This document shows positions 44,268 through 53,842 of a stretch of DNA of 64,000 nt, one piece after another. The position numbers were made by a program, and so were the translations under genes. The stretch is from an uncultured delta proteobacterium (GTDB lineage: Bacteria; Desulfobacterota; Desulfobacteria; Desulfobacterales; JAFDCJ01): NCBI GenBank assembly GCA_963769935.1, contig CAVYNY010000009.1, forward strand, positions 315,671-379,670, read 5' to 3'. Positions within the stretch are counted from its first letter, which is position 1. Each line of letters begins with the position of its first letter. The notes under the pieces were generated by a model that worked only from the letters and a program-made list of their open reading frames with translations, was not told where the DNA came from and did no database searches.

Positions 44268-45022
44268 CTACATGTGGCTTTGTATAAATTTCAGGATTTC
44301 GCCGGCAATCACTTCTTTATCATGGTCGAGGGTGGCCACGTGATAAGAGTTTTCCAGCCAGAGCAGGCGTTTGTCTTGGGCCCCGATGTTATCGATGATA
44401 TAGGGCGCATTTTCAGGCACCACGATATGGTCGTCGCGCGATTGGATCACCAGGGTCGGGCAATTTACCCGGGCAGCAGCTCGCGCGTGACGCTCATCAG
44501 GGCATAGATCTGACGGATGGCCGGCACCGGAACATCCTGGTAGGCCAGTTCGGTGACGCCGGGTTTTTTGATATCGCCGCCGACGCCGGGAACGGTGGCG
44601 GGCGCTTCGGCCATAAAGGCCAGGCCGGCCAGGTCCGGATTGTTGATAAACACCGCGCCGCTGATGGGGATGGCGCCCCGGATAATATCCGGATACATCG
44701 CCGCCATATACAAGGTCAAGGTTCCCCCCATCGAAAGGCCGGTCATGAAAATCCTGGAGCAGCGCTCCCGCAGTTTTTGCAGGCCGGCTTCCACACTTCT
44801 GATCCAATCTTCCGCCGAAGATCGCGCCATGTCCTCCACCGAGGTGCCGTGCCCCTTCAGCCGCGGCCCGCATACGGTCAACCGACCTTCATTTGCCAGA
44901 AATTCGCCCAGAAAGCGCATGCTCTGAGTGGTTCCGGTAAACCCATGGGAAACCAGGCACCCGACGTCGCCGCCTTCGAAATAGAATGGCTCGGCCCCCC
45001 TCATTATCTGTGGCTCAGTCAT
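44268..45022 (-). CDS. Carboxylesterase / monoacylglycerol-lipase-like alpha/beta hydrolase (frameshift near 44470)
   Basis: HGFTG, GLSMGG, DHIV, SYHV across two ORFs. Confidence 0.85.
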
Positions 45023-45076
45023 TTTTAATTGCCTCCTTTTGGATTGGTTTTTGCATTCTGAAAGTTAAAATCTCAC

Positions 45077-45122
45077 TTACGTAAAGCCGTCGTCTTCACG
45101 CCGTCTGTTCCACTGGTTCGCA
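45077..45122 (-). repeat. Truncated attC (5' half), distal end of array
   Basis: TGCGAAC..gaacagacggcgtgaagac..tttacgtaa, homologous to attC 56362..56466, immediately after the relE stop. Confidence 0.7.
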
Positions 45123-45282
45123 TCAGCGATAAATATCCTTCCGGTGGCCGACATTTTACAACCCAGACTGTCATTTCATCATCTTGTATAGAATATAAAA
45201 TCCGATATCGCCTTTGCCGCAACCGATACCTCTGTTGCCCTGTCAATTTTTCGCATCCCGGGGGACGAGGATCTTCTCCAAG
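45123..45282 (-). pseudogene. RelE/ParE toxin, 3' remnant
   Basis: DPRPPGCEKLTGQQRYRLRQRRYRILYSIQDDEMTVWVVK(VGHRKDIYR*). Confidence 0.8.
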
Positions 45283-45293
45283 CAGGAGACATA

Positions 45294-46130
45294 GGGGTCG
45301 CATCTCAAATATTAAGTATTTTCCTTCTGATTCGATCCTCCCGCCCCTTAAGCTTTCGATCCGCCTCAAGTTTTTTCGCGATCCGGTCATGCCGTGCCGC
45401 GATTCCAGCTCCGGAGATGTCGAACCGTCTGCCCAAGGCGACACCGGTTTCTCCCGTCAATTCCCTGCAAAGATAAATCGCCACATCCCGGGCTAAATTC
45501 CTCTTTTTCCCTTTTTGTAGGATGCTTTCTATCCCGCAACCGAATTCGTCGGAAACCGCTTCAATAAGATCATCGGGCGTTGGGCGGGGTTTCAGGATTT
45601 TCAGTTGCGGGATCTCCTTGCTGTTCGATTCCTTGCTTAAAAATGTCTTCTTCACCCAGTTTACGAAATCGACTCGCCCCAAAACAACACCGCCCACGAC
45701 GTCATCGGACGGATTCTCAATCTTTATGTTTTCGACCGACTCGACAAAATCACGGTATCCTTTTTTCGCGGTGTTCCTGTCCTCTCCGAACAGCGACAGT
45801 AACCAGTCCGTCTCCAGCCATTCCGGAGACTCAACATAGCCGCTTAAAGCCCGGTAGCTGCTCCATGGATAGTCTCTGCAATGTTCAACCATCCTCGCCC
45901 GCACCGGATTCAGATGGATATATCGCGACAGGTGCTTTAAATATTCATCCGCGTCCACCAGCACGGCTTTGAAGCGCCCTTGGAACAGATGACCGAAGCG
46001 TCTTCGTTTGCGATTGAAATACACCGAATAACCGACGTTGATCCATTTGATCGCCTGACTCAGGTTCGCATGCGGAGTTTCTATCAAAAAGTGATAATGC
46101 GTGCTCATCAGGCAAAAGGTATGGGCGATT
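45294..46130 (-). mobile_element. 5'-truncated Y1/HUH (RAYT-like) transposase with DnaA-like C-terminal HTH and its GACCCC end
   Basis: CLMSTHYHFL, GHLFQGRFKA, RYIHLNP, YPWSSY, ARDVAIYLCRE; stop followed by GATGCGACCCC|TAT. Confidence 0.85.
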
Positions 46131-46164
46131 TGGATCTTTGATTGTTTTGTCTTTAGAAATATTC

Positions 46165-46355
46165 TGCTCAGTATGTAATTTATCAAAATCTTCTTGAAAA
46201 ATTGCTTTATCTTCATTTTGCCTGATGAATTCAGCAACGCCTGATTTCTCGAGCGCCTCTTTAAGAACCGGTGTTTTTGTAAATTTGCGTTGCACTGCAC
46301 GGGCAGCACACCATACTGAGAAATTGTGTCGATGTTGGAAATGAGAATAATTCAT
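46165..46355 (-). pseudogene. 3'-truncated cassette gene (hypothetical)
   Basis: MNYSHFQHRHNFSVWCAARAVQR.. starts just after an attC, then fuses to the transposase fragment. Confidence 0.55.
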
Positions 46356-46732
46356 TTATTTGCCATATCGCTGCTCTTCAGAAGGCGCGTTTTTTTGCGA
46401 TCCGCTGGAAAAGCTTGTTGGGCCGTTGAGATATTGGCTTGAACGGCTTCTGCATGCAATTTTAAACCAAGTGCGCGCATAACTTTAAGTATTGTGTCAA
46501 AACCAGGGCTTCGTTCCCCAGACAGTGCCTTGTAAAGACTCTCGCGCGATAAGCCGGCATCACGCGCCACTTGTGACATACCTTTAGCCCGGGCTATATC
46601 TCCAAGAGCTTTTGCAATAAAAGCAGCGTCACCTTGCGCTTCCTCAAAACAGGCTTCAAGATAAGCGGCCATTTCCTCCGGGTTGCGAAGGTGTTCGGCG
46701 ACGTCATACTTAGTCGTGATAGTCTTAGCCAT
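46352..46732 (-). CDS. Addiction-module antitoxin (HI1420-like HTH)
   Basis: ALGDIARAKGMSQVARDAGLSRESLYKALSGERSP; ORF reads through the attC. Confidence 0.9.
   Translation of the reverse strand: MAKTITTKYDVAEHLRNPEEMAAYLEACFEEAQGDAAFIAKALGDIARAKGMSQVARDAGLSRESLYKALSGERSPGFDTILKVMRALGLKLHAEAVQANISTAQQAFPADRKKTRLLKSSDMANK
46363..46423 (-). repeat. attC site (R' mutated GTT>GAT)
   Basis: GCCCAAC aagcttttccagcgg...cttctgaagagcagc GATATGG. Confidence 0.7.
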
Positions 46733-46741
46733 GATACACTC

Positions 46742-47032
46742 CTATATATTCCTTGCGAGACGTAGGGCGGTTTTTATATCCTTGGCTTGCGTATTTTTGT
46801 CGCCGCCAGCCAGCAAAATTACCACCTTTTGTCCTTGTTTTTTAAAATACACCCGATATCCAGGTCCATAATCAATCCGCAATTCTGAAACGCCTTCACC
46901 AACCGGCTTCACATCTCCAGGATTTCCAGCTGCCAATCTTTCTATCCGCACAAGGATTCGAGCACGTGCGCGGATGTCATGCAACCCATCAAGCCATTTA
47001 GCGAAAATTTCTGTCTTGCGAATTTCAATCAT
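46742..47032 (-). CDS. Addiction-module toxin (HI1419-like, RelE superfamily)
   Basis: GNPGDVKPVGEGVSELRIDYGPGYRVYF, LLAGGDK. Confidence 0.9.
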   Translation of the reverse strand: MIEIRKTEIFAKWLDGLHDIRARARILVRIERLAAGNPGDVKPVGEGVSELRIDYGPGYRVYFKKQGQKVVILLAGGDKNTQAKDIKTALRLARNI

Positions 47033-47038
47033 GATAGT

Positions 47039-47067
47039 ATTGTAGCCATACGGCTACATAATGTCAA
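47039..47067 (-). promoter_or_regulatory. TA promoter with operator
   Basis: TTGACA-N17-TACAAT overlapping the TGTAGCC-N4-GGCTACA palindrome. Confidence 0.8.
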
Positions 47068-47089
47068 TGGGGATTTTCATGCATATTGA

Positions 47090-47194
47090 AGCCAACGTTT
47101 GGCGTGAGCAGCGGCCCAAATAAATACCAAGCTTGCACGGCATTTACGAAAATCCTCGATTTTCACGCCGTCTGCTCCAGTCGCATGGTTATAA
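47090..47194 (-). repeat. attC site
   Basis: TTATAAC...tggagcagacggc...gccgctgctcacgccaaac GTTGGCT. Confidence 0.85.
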
Positions 47195-47207
47195 CCGAAC
47201 TGGTGGT

Positions 47208-47522
47208 TTAGGCCGCATTAGAACTAAGAACCTGCACCTCTTTTTCAAGACGCTCTGCAAGGAGATCCTCCGTTACTTCAAGGTCAAATCGGTTTTGGAG
47301 ATTTAGCCAAAATTGAGGTGGCATTCCAAAGAAACGCCCTAAACGCAAGGCTGTATCCGCTGAGATGGACCGTTTCCCATGAACAATCTCGTTAATGCGT
47401 CTTGGAGGCACACTTATATCTTTGGCAAGTCTATATTGACTAATACCCATTGGGTTAAGAAATTCCTCAATAAGAATTTCTCCAGGATGAATGGGAGGTA
47501 GTTTTTTATTTTTCATGATCAT
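47208..47522 (-). CDS. higA: HigA antitoxin
   Basis: PIHPGEIL, RINEIVHGKRSISADTALRL, FWLNLQ. Confidence 0.93.
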   Translation of the reverse strand: MIMKNKKLPPIHPGEILIEEFLNPMGISQYRLAKDISVPPRRINEIVHGKRSISADTALRLGRFFGMPPQFWLNLQNRFDLEVTEDLLAERLEKEVQVLSSNAA

Positions 47523-47525
47523 CTC

Positions 47526-47807
47526 CTAAAGATAATCTGCAATTTCAACATCATACGCATCACCGGTTTCCCATTTGAAACAAATTCTCCACTGATCGTT
47601 TATGCGAATGCTATGTTGACCTTTTCGGTCTCCTTTTAATGCTTCCAATCTGTTTCCAGGTGGAACGCGCAATGTATTTAGTTCGGTAGCTGCATCCAAA
47701 ATAACCAATTTCCTGCGCGCAAGATGCTGAATATTTTCCGGTAATTTTTTGGAAAGAATTCTATTAAAGATTTTTTCAGTTTCTTTACCCCGGAAGTTTT
47801 TTATCAT
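47526..47807 (-). CDS. higB: HigB toxin
   Basis: PPGNRLEALKGDRKGQHSIRINDQWRICF. Confidence 0.93.
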   Translation of the reverse strand: MIKNFRGKETEKIFNRILSKKLPENIQHLARRKLVILDAATELNTLRVPPGNRLEALKGDRKGQHSIRINDQWRICFKWETGDAYDVEIADYL

Positions 47808-47813
47808 AGTAAG

Positions 47814-47848
47814 ATATTAACGCAACTCGTTAATAACGTCAAGCGTTA
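47814..47848 (-). promoter_or_regulatory. higBA promoter with two operators
   Basis: TTGACG-N17-TAATAT; tandem TAACG-N5-CGTTA palindromes. Confidence 0.8.
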
Positions 47849-47918
47849 AGTTTAATGAGATGAATTTTGGGAAATATCAATACAGTGGGAATATCTTTTA
47901 AAGCGTGATTTTAGGTGG

Positions 47919-47978
47919 TTATAACGCGCCGGTTCAGCGGTGGCGCCCAGCGCCGCCCGCTGCAACCGATTGTTCGAC
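47919..47978 (-). repeat. attC site
   Basis: GTCGAAC aatcggttgcagcgg...ccgctgaaccggcgc GTTATAA. Confidence 0.9.
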
Positions 47979-49229
47979 GGCCCGATATACGGCGCTCCCG
48001 CGCTGATCCTGCACGAGGTCATTTGCGGCGACGACATGCTGAATTGCGTCAGCTGTCATCGAATACCTCGTGACGGTTTCGCCGGCGAGGCGTACCGCCA
48101 AGGGCGGGGAGAGCAGGGCGCGTGCCGCAACGATCGCAAGTGGAACCAGACTTGGGAGGTCATGGGGCACGGGAGTAAGACAATCACGACTTCCTTTGTA
48201 CGGACCTCGATGTGCAATTAGCCGAACGAACTCACCAAGCACTGCCTTCCGCGTCTTAACGTAGGCAGCGGTCCCAAGCAAGACCGCTAATGAACTGTGC
48301 GTGCGGACACCAGGTCGTCCAACTCGCAAACCCGCTATTTCCTCTTCGCGAGAGAGCGCGAGCTGAAGTTCGGGCAGGTTGACGCCGCTTGCCGCAGCGT
48401 TGCCCGGCTCCACCGTCCGCGGGTTGCACTCGATGTAGAGGTGGTCCTCGCCTCGAAACATGTAGTCGAGCGTGAGCCCCCCATGCCAACGGAGTCGATT
48501 ACCCAGAACAGCCACGTCGTGCCGTGCGAACGCGTGGTCAATCCCAACCCGTCCGGCTGCGCTCGGGCCAATTCCCACTGCGGTTTGAGTGCTCGTATGA
48601 ACGGCGACGAGACGCCCGCGATCAAACAGTGCCTGCACCTGCGCGTACTCTCCATCAGCGGCGGCCTGAACCATGATGGGGCCGCCATGCTCGGCGGAGT
48701 GAAGCGATTCCCAGGCTCGTGTCGCATCAAGGCTGTTTGTGACTTTGCGCACACCAGACCCAGCCGTGCTGAATGAAGTCTTGAGGTAGAAAGGCGTGGC
48801 CCAGCCGGTAAGCTTCCCGGGCACGTCGACCACCTGCCACTTCGGCTGCGGGAGCCCTGCCTCATCCAGTAGGCGGGCGAATTCAATCTTGCTTTGGACA
48901 CGAGAGAACGCCTCGGCCGAGGCGATGGCGATCCGAACGCCTTGGCCGAGCCGCGATCGCCCAACGGCGAACAACCACGCCTGTTCGTGCGTCGGCAGAA
49001 GAACGTCGAAGGCACCTGTGGCGAGCAAGTCGTTAACCACCTTGAGGTAGCCAAGTGGATCTTTCGCCGCGGGAGGGCAGCGATGCACGCGCTTCGTCCA
49101 CCGACTAAAGCGGCAGATGCAGGCTGGGTCGGGATCGACGATCTCAATGTGATGGCCTGCAGGCCCCAGAACACTCAGAAACTCCCGTGCTGTCAGGCTA
49201 GATCCTTCAGAGAACAATATGCTAGCCAC
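47934..49229 (-). CDS. ATP-grasp fold protein (cassette)
   Basis: LLPTHE, SKIEFARLLDEAGLPQP, YLKTSFSTAGSGV, YIECNPR. Confidence 0.8.
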   Translation of the reverse strand: MASILFSEGSSLTAREFLSVLGPAGHHIEIVDPDPACICRFSRWTKRVHRCPPAAKDPLGYLKVVNDLLATGAFDVLLPTHEQAWLFAVGRSRLGQGVRIAIASAEAFSRVQSKIEFARLLDEAGLPQPKWQVVDVPGKLTGWATPFYLKTSFSTAGSGVRKVTNSLDATRAWESLHSAEHGGPIMVQAAADGEYAQVQALFDRGRLVAVHTSTQTAVGIGPSAAGRVGIDHAFARHDVAVLGNRLRWHGGLTLDYMFRGEDHLYIECNPRTVEPGNAAASGVNLPELQLALSREEEIAGLRVGRPGVRTHSSLAVLLGTAAYVKTRKAVLGEFVRLIAHRGPYKGSRDCLTPVPHDLPSLVPLAIVAARALLSPPLAVRLAGETVTRYSMTADAIQHVVAANDLVQDQRGSAVYRAVEQSVAAGGAGRHR

Positions 49230-49287
49230 GTTGCCTCCGGGCCGAGGTGCAACCGTTCGTGTTGTCGAACATGTCTTACCTCAAGGC

Positions 49288-49350
49288 GTCGAACGCCGCT
49301 TTTCAGCGGGCGCGCGCTTTTTGCGCTCCGCTGCAAAAGCTTTGTTATGT
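49288..49350 (-). repeat. attC site
   Basis: ACATAAC aaagcttttgcagcgg...ccgctgaaaagcggc GTTCGAC. Confidence 0.9.
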
Positions 49351-50205
49351 GTGCTCATGGGATAGTTCATTGCGAAAGAAATCTCCCAAGTCTTCCTTGC
49401 CACAAGAGGGCCCCACCATATTTCTCGTGATGACCGTCAGCGTGAATTCCGCCTGCCCATAAATTCTCTCTGGCGTGAGCTTCCTGACGAGCCACAGGAG
49501 GATTTTTGCGAAAAACACCGGGATGCATGTGACCTTTGGTTTGGTGCCCAGAGCGGCGAACGCTTCATGCGCAATTTCTCGATGCTTGAATATCACTGGA
49601 CCTCCAAAGCTCAGTTCCTGATCATCAAGATCAATTGCATCGATACATTTACCAGCAACATCCTTTCCGGATATCGGATTGATACGGAAGTCCCCTCGAC
49701 CGAAGAGGAAGACCCGACCGCTCTTGGCCATGTCCAAAAACGCGCGCATGTCCGAGAAATAACCGTTCGGGCGAATAATGGTGTAGTGGATGCCAGACCT
49801 ACGGAGTTCGCTGACAAAGCGCTCTTTCGCTTGAACAATCATAAGATCCGGCATCTGGTCAGCGTGCAGCACGGACACGTACACAAATTTCTTCACTCCG
49901 CAACTGAGAGCTTCCTTGAGAAGATTGAGGTTTCCCTGATAGTCGACATCCCGATAGCGAAGACCATCTTTTTGTCGGGTAATTCCGATGGCCGAAATAA
50001 CTATATCAATGTCCTGTGCAATCCCAGCCAAGGTGGACGGCTTCGTCACTTCTCCGACGAACACCTCATCAATCGCTGGTCGGGCTTGTGACAACTTCTG
50101 TTCGGAGCGAGTTAAAGCGCGTATCGCGTACCCTCTCTCCTTTGCTTCCTCAAGCAAGAAGTTGCCGAGATATCCTGTTGCTCCGGCTATTAGTACTTTT
50201 GGCAT
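49345..50205 (-). CDS. Atypical SDR / NAD(P)H-binding oxidoreductase (cassette)
   Basis: GATGYLG, DVDYQGN, IIRPNGYF; stop lies in the attC R'' box. Confidence 0.85.
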   Translation of the reverse strand: MPKVLIAGATGYLGNFLLEEAKERGYAIRALTRSEQKLSQARPAIDEVFVGEVTKPSTLAGIAQDIDIVISAIGITRQKDGLRYRDVDYQGNLNLLKEALSCGVKKFVYVSVLHADQMPDLMIVQAKERFVSELRRSGIHYTIIRPNGYFSDMRAFLDMAKSGRVFLFGRGDFRINPISGKDVAGKCIDAIDLDDQELSFGGPVIFKHREIAHEAFAALGTKPKVTCIPVFFAKILLWLVRKLTPERIYGQAEFTLTVITRNMVGPSCGKEDLGDFFRNELSHEHT

Positions 50206-50221
50206 GAGTCGGAGTCCTTAC

Positions 50222-50327
50222 ACATAACGTTGGCGGATAACCAGCGGGCTTACAGCTTTTCAAGCTTGCACGGCATTTCCGGTAAAGCGCATCAGTTATC
50301 CCGTCTGGTTGATCCGCCTGGTTATGA
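50222..50327 (-). repeat. attC site
   Basis: TCATAAC caggcggatcaaccagacggg...cccgctggttatccgccaac GTTATGT. Confidence 0.9.
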
Positions 50328-50723
50328 ATTGTCCCACGGTATTAGAGAATATACTATCAAGATAATGCCAACGCCAATTAATAAAAGACCAGTACTGCTT
50401 GGAATATGAACTCTGTATTTATAGTCCCATTCTTCAAAATAATAAATTAGTCCTCCGGGGATTAGCATCAGTCCCATCAAAAGCGTTTGATACTTTGCTT
50501 TAGGGAAATTTGATGGAAAATTTAATTGTATAGAGATTTTGGACTTATCTGCAAATACAAATAGAGGGATGAAAAAAACAAATATGAATAGAGGAAAAGC
50601 CAAAAGGGAGAAACCAAATACGGCGCCAGATCCATATGCTATTGCAGCTAAAATAAAGGCCACTATCCAAAGAGCTATCCAGCTCCAGAAAATAAGAGTC
50701 CATCTATTTTTTATTTTAGCCAA
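50322..50723 (-). CDS. Hypothetical 4-TM membrane protein (cassette gene 2)
   Basis: Four hydrophobic segments; stop in R'' box; start overlaps the upstream stop. Confidence 0.7.
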   Translation of the reverse strand: MAKIKNRWTLIFWSWIALWIVAFILAAIAYGSGAVFGFSLLAFPLFIFVFFIPLFVFADKSKISIQLNFPSNFPKAKYQTLLMGLMLIPGGLIYYFEEWDYKYRVHIPSSTGLLLIGVGIILIVYSLIPWDNS

Positions 50724-51156
50724 TTTTTTCCATAGTTCCTATCGGCTTCGTTCTGTAAATGAGATAGAACCAAAACCCATTCCACAGCCCTAAAGCCAAA
50801 AAGGAAACCAAACGGACAGTTGAAGATGGAGGACCTTGAGAAAACCCCCAAGCAAAACTATTTGCGGAATAAATGGCACTGATTACAAGAATAACCAATG
50901 CCATTTTCCTTGCCCACACTTTCTTGCAAAGAATACCTATCCCTGAAATTAGAAAAAAAATATTCATTACATTTTCTCTTGCGTATGAACCTACTTTGTA
51001 GGCAAACGATTTCGCTTGAAACTCTGGATGGTGTGGGCCAAGTCCAGTTAAAGGCCACAAAATTCCAAGACCACCGGCAATGATAAGATAAATCGCTGCT
51101 ATTTTAATTCCTTTTGTAGGAACCACGCTCCGTTTGTTTTGGTTATCGTCGTGCAT
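50716..51156 (-). CDS. Hypothetical 4-TM membrane protein (cassette gene 1)
   Basis: Four hydrophobic segments; ATG about 20 nt after the R' box. Confidence 0.7.
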   Translation of the reverse strand: MHDDNQNKRSVVPTKGIKIAAIYLIIAGGLGILWPLTGLGPHHPEFQAKSFAYKVGSYARENVMNIFFLISGIGILCKKVWARKMALVILVISAIYSANSFAWGFSQGPPSSTVRLVSFLALGLWNGFWFYLIYRTKPIGTMEKIG

Positions 51157-51177
51157 TTACATTCCTATTTTTGTACT

Positions 51178-51239
51178 GGCTAACGCTACGGCTGAGAGGC
51201 GCGAGGTAACGAGCGTCCGACTCCAGCCGATTGATACTT
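51178..51239 (-). repeat. attC site (R'' degenerate)
   Basis: ..aatcggctggagtcggacgctcg...cgcgcctctcagccgtagc GTTAGCC. Confidence 0.75.
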
Positions 51240-51261
51240 AAAGCATCACCTTCATTACGGT

Positions 51262-51690
51262 TTAATCGTATGCTGGATAATTTGTATCTGGGATGTGTGA
51301 ATGTTCTATAATTTTCCATTCACCATCGACTTTTTGCACCAAATACCAAAATTTTGTCTTCGGGTTCTTTTTTGCCGGATGTCTCATTTTCACCTCGACA
51401 ATTAGTTCCACGGCATCCTTTTCAATGGCAAGTCCGGAATATGAGGTTGTTCCGGCTCTGTCCGTATTGGTTGAACGAATAATACTGTATTCAATCCACC
51501 AATTTTCTAGACTTCCCTCAAATCCTATAGGATAAAAGCATTTAGATAAAACGTCTCGATCACCATAATTTTCGAAATACGTTTTCAGCGTGTTTTCAGG
51601 TGATGAAAAGTCCACCAAAGGCTGAGCGCTTGCAATACTAAACTGAACAATTGCAAGGCATAGCGATAATATGAATAGGTTTGCCTTCAT
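51262..51690 (-). CDS. Exported hypothetical protein, NTF2-like (cassette)
   Basis: Signal peptide from MKANLF; SPENTLKTYF and WYLVQKVDGEWKII are typical of NTF2-like small proteins. Confidence 0.65.
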   Translation of the reverse strand: MKANLFILSLCLAIVQFSIASAQPLVDFSSPENTLKTYFENYGDRDVLSKCFYPIGFEGSLENWWIEYSIIRSTNTDRAGTTSYSGLAIEKDAVELIVEVKMRHPAKKNPKTKFWYLVQKVDGEWKIIEHSHIPDTNYPAYD

Positions 51691-51699
51691 ATAATTGAA

Positions 51700-51952
51700 A
51701 CATAACGCCGCCTTCACCAGTTCATCTGGTGAAAGGCGTGGTTGGGAATTTTGGTCAATAAACTCAAACAGGTTATCGCTATAAACAAAACGAGCTGTGA
51801 AGAATGAAGGCCTACCCCCTTTTTCCAGGCCTTAGACAGATGATTGCTTAAACCGCTCTTTTTAAGTCCAAAAATATCGCTCTAAGACCAAAAAATGGCC
51901 ATATTTTTGACCTAAACCCGCATCAAATAAGCATCCAGTTTGGTCCGACCCC
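51700..51952 (-). repeat. 253-bp non-coding module, copy 1 (GGGGTCGGACC end + 48-bp attC at 51700..51747)
   Basis: Ungapped match to 59713..59965. Confidence 0.9.
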
Positions 51953-52069
51953 TAATCGACAATCCAGAAAGAAAGCCGAACGCATGATTCATGGGCACCC
52001 CTCCGGGCCGGCTCCTATTGCGGCACCTCCGCTCGGCATGGATGCAGGCGCCTTTTCGCTGTTATTTCG

Positions 52070-53422
52070 TTACTTCACCACCGTGGCGATTTTCGACCGT
52101 ACGGGAATGTTCACGGAATTCAGCCCAGGCGTCTGGCCGTGCAGGTCGAACTTGAGCTTCACCTGAGGCCGGAAGATCAGGCAGTGCGTGGAGCCGCCGA
52201 AATGGAACATGCCGAGTTGATCGCCTTTGCTCACACGTTGCCCCACTGACACAGTAATTTCGTTCGAGGAAACCTCCGCCATGCCTACGAAGAGGACCGC
52301 CATCAGGCCGATGTCCGGATTGTCCGCTTCGATGAAGATCAACGCCCTGCTCGCAACCTGGGTTATGTATCCCTGCGACTCGTTGGGCCCCGCCGGATCG
52401 AACCCCACCGACAAAGCTTCGGCATAGTACGATCCGTCGATCAGCCGGGTCTTCACGATCCTTCCGCTGACCGGACTGTGCCAGCGGTGGTAGCTCAAAG
52501 CACTGAGAAAGGCCTGATAAATCGTACCGCCTTCGAATTGCCCGATAAGGGGATCACCAGCCAGCATGTGGTAAAGTGAGTAAGGTTGTGATTTGATCCA
52601 GAATGTGTCGCTCCCCTTCACGTCCCTGGCGAGCCGGTAGGGAGCCGACTCGCAGGCGTTGGCAATGACCGCTTCGTCCATGGGGGAGGCCACCGGCCGT
52701 CGGCCTTTCCGGAACCGGCGAGTGAAAAAGTCATCCCAGGAGGTGAATCCGTAGTAGGGCTTTTCCGGATCGCACTGAAAATCCTCGACGAAGGTCGGCA
52801 TCGCTTTTTTCGCGTCCCGGCCGAACCATCCGGTTTCGGGATTGTCATTCAGGACGTATCGAGACTCTTTCGACTTTAGGAACTCGCCCCATTGATCCAG
52901 AATCTTTTTTATCTGGCTGTTCACCTTTGGATTCAGGAAAACGGTCGTCCCTGCCGGAGTCGCCATGGGCCAGTTGATGATGGCATTAATGGGAAACCCG
53001 ACCAGACCCGTCTGGTTGAATTCAGGGGCCTTGGTCATGATCTGGTTGATGAGCTGCAGCATGAGCCGGTAGTCCCTGATCTGGGGCCGGCCGGTGGGGT
53101 CTTTGCGGTACTCGGGGGTGTTGCTGGGAACCTGCTCGAACATTTGAGTAAAGAGCATGAGGAGCTCCGGGTCGCTTTCGATAAGGTTCTTGAACTCCTG
53201 AACGACAAGCGCCAGGGGCTGGGCTTTGTCATTGGTTTCCAGGACGAGGTCTTTAACCCATTGATTCAGGACTTGCTGATCGGAGGGCTGCCACTGGCCG
53301 ACCTGGTAGGGAACCGGCTTTTCGGTTGCATGAGGGCTTAACTGCTGCGCCGCCGCACAACAAAAAACTGACAGGTGCAGGAGTGCAACACTTAGTAAGA
53401 TCTTCTTCAATATACTCGACAT
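52070..53422 (-). CDS. Phosphatidylserine decarboxylase family protein with signal peptide
   Basis: DFFTR, SYHRWHSPV, GMAEVSS, FHFGGST autocleavage motif. Confidence 0.9.
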   Translation of the reverse strand: MSSILKKILLSVALLHLSVFCCAAAQQLSPHATEKPVPYQVGQWQPSDQQVLNQWVKDLVLETNDKAQPLALVVQEFKNLIESDPELLMLFTQMFEQVPSNTPEYRKDPTGRPQIRDYRLMLQLINQIMTKAPEFNQTGLVGFPINAIINWPMATPAGTTVFLNPKVNSQIKKILDQWGEFLKSKESRYVLNDNPETGWFGRDAKKAMPTFVEDFQCDPEKPYYGFTSWDDFFTRRFRKGRRPVASPMDEAVIANACESAPYRLARDVKGSDTFWIKSQPYSLYHMLAGDPLIGQFEGGTIYQAFLSALSYHRWHSPVSGRIVKTRLIDGSYYAEALSVGFDPAGPNESQGYITQVASRALIFIEADNPDIGLMAVLFVGMAEVSSNEITVSVGQRVSKGDQLGMFHFGGSTHCLIFRPQVKLKFDLHGQTPGLNSVNIPVRSKIATVVK

Positions 53423-53527
53423 ATGCCATTCTCCTTGTTGAAATTAAAGATTCGGCGGCCCGGGGGGGCCACAGTAACATATTGATGAATTTTCATGCGA
53501 AAACTGGCCGATTAAGAGGCATGGATA

Positions 53528-53758
53528 TTAGGGGACGTTCCCCGGATTCTCGGATTTGACCTCTCCCAAATGCTGCCATCTGTGCTCCTCGATGATTTGC
53601 CGTCCTCTCGTCGTAAATTCGCTTGCCGTAGAGTACGCGATGTTTAGTTTTTTCGATATCCAGACCGCGCTCATCCACAGCTCTCGCGTCCTCCAATAGC
53701 ATAATATGCTCCGAGCTTTTACCGCTCTTCGTTGCTTTCCGCCCGTTATTATTTCAGG
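53528..53758 (-). pseudogene. 3' remnant of a RAYT-like transposase with terminal repeat
   Basis: Translates GGKQRRAVKARSILCYW..ISKKLNI..SENPGNVP*, homologous to the 3' end of 54264..55301; GGGGACGTTCC at 53531. Confidence 0.85.
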
Positions 53759-53771
53759 TGCAAAATAATAA

Positions 53772-53815
53772 GGAGCGCAGCGGATGAAAATTCATAGTGC
53801 AGCGACTTGTTCGAG
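53772..53815 (-). repeat. Truncated attC (5' half)
   Basis: CTCGAAC aagtcgctgcac...ccgctgcgctcc, then abuts the transposase remnant. Confidence 0.55.
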
Positions 53816-53842
53816 TGGCCATACATTATTAGATTGCAGCAA

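Noticed and set aside
45305..46309. 334-aa ORF as a full-length transposase
   Set aside because: The first ~60 aa are an off-frame read of the truncated upstream cassette gene; the true transposase N-terminus is missing
48335..49174. 279-aa alternate-frame ORF
   Set aside because: Same-strand shadow inside the GC-rich ATP-grasp gene; low-complexity Arg/Ser/Pro composition
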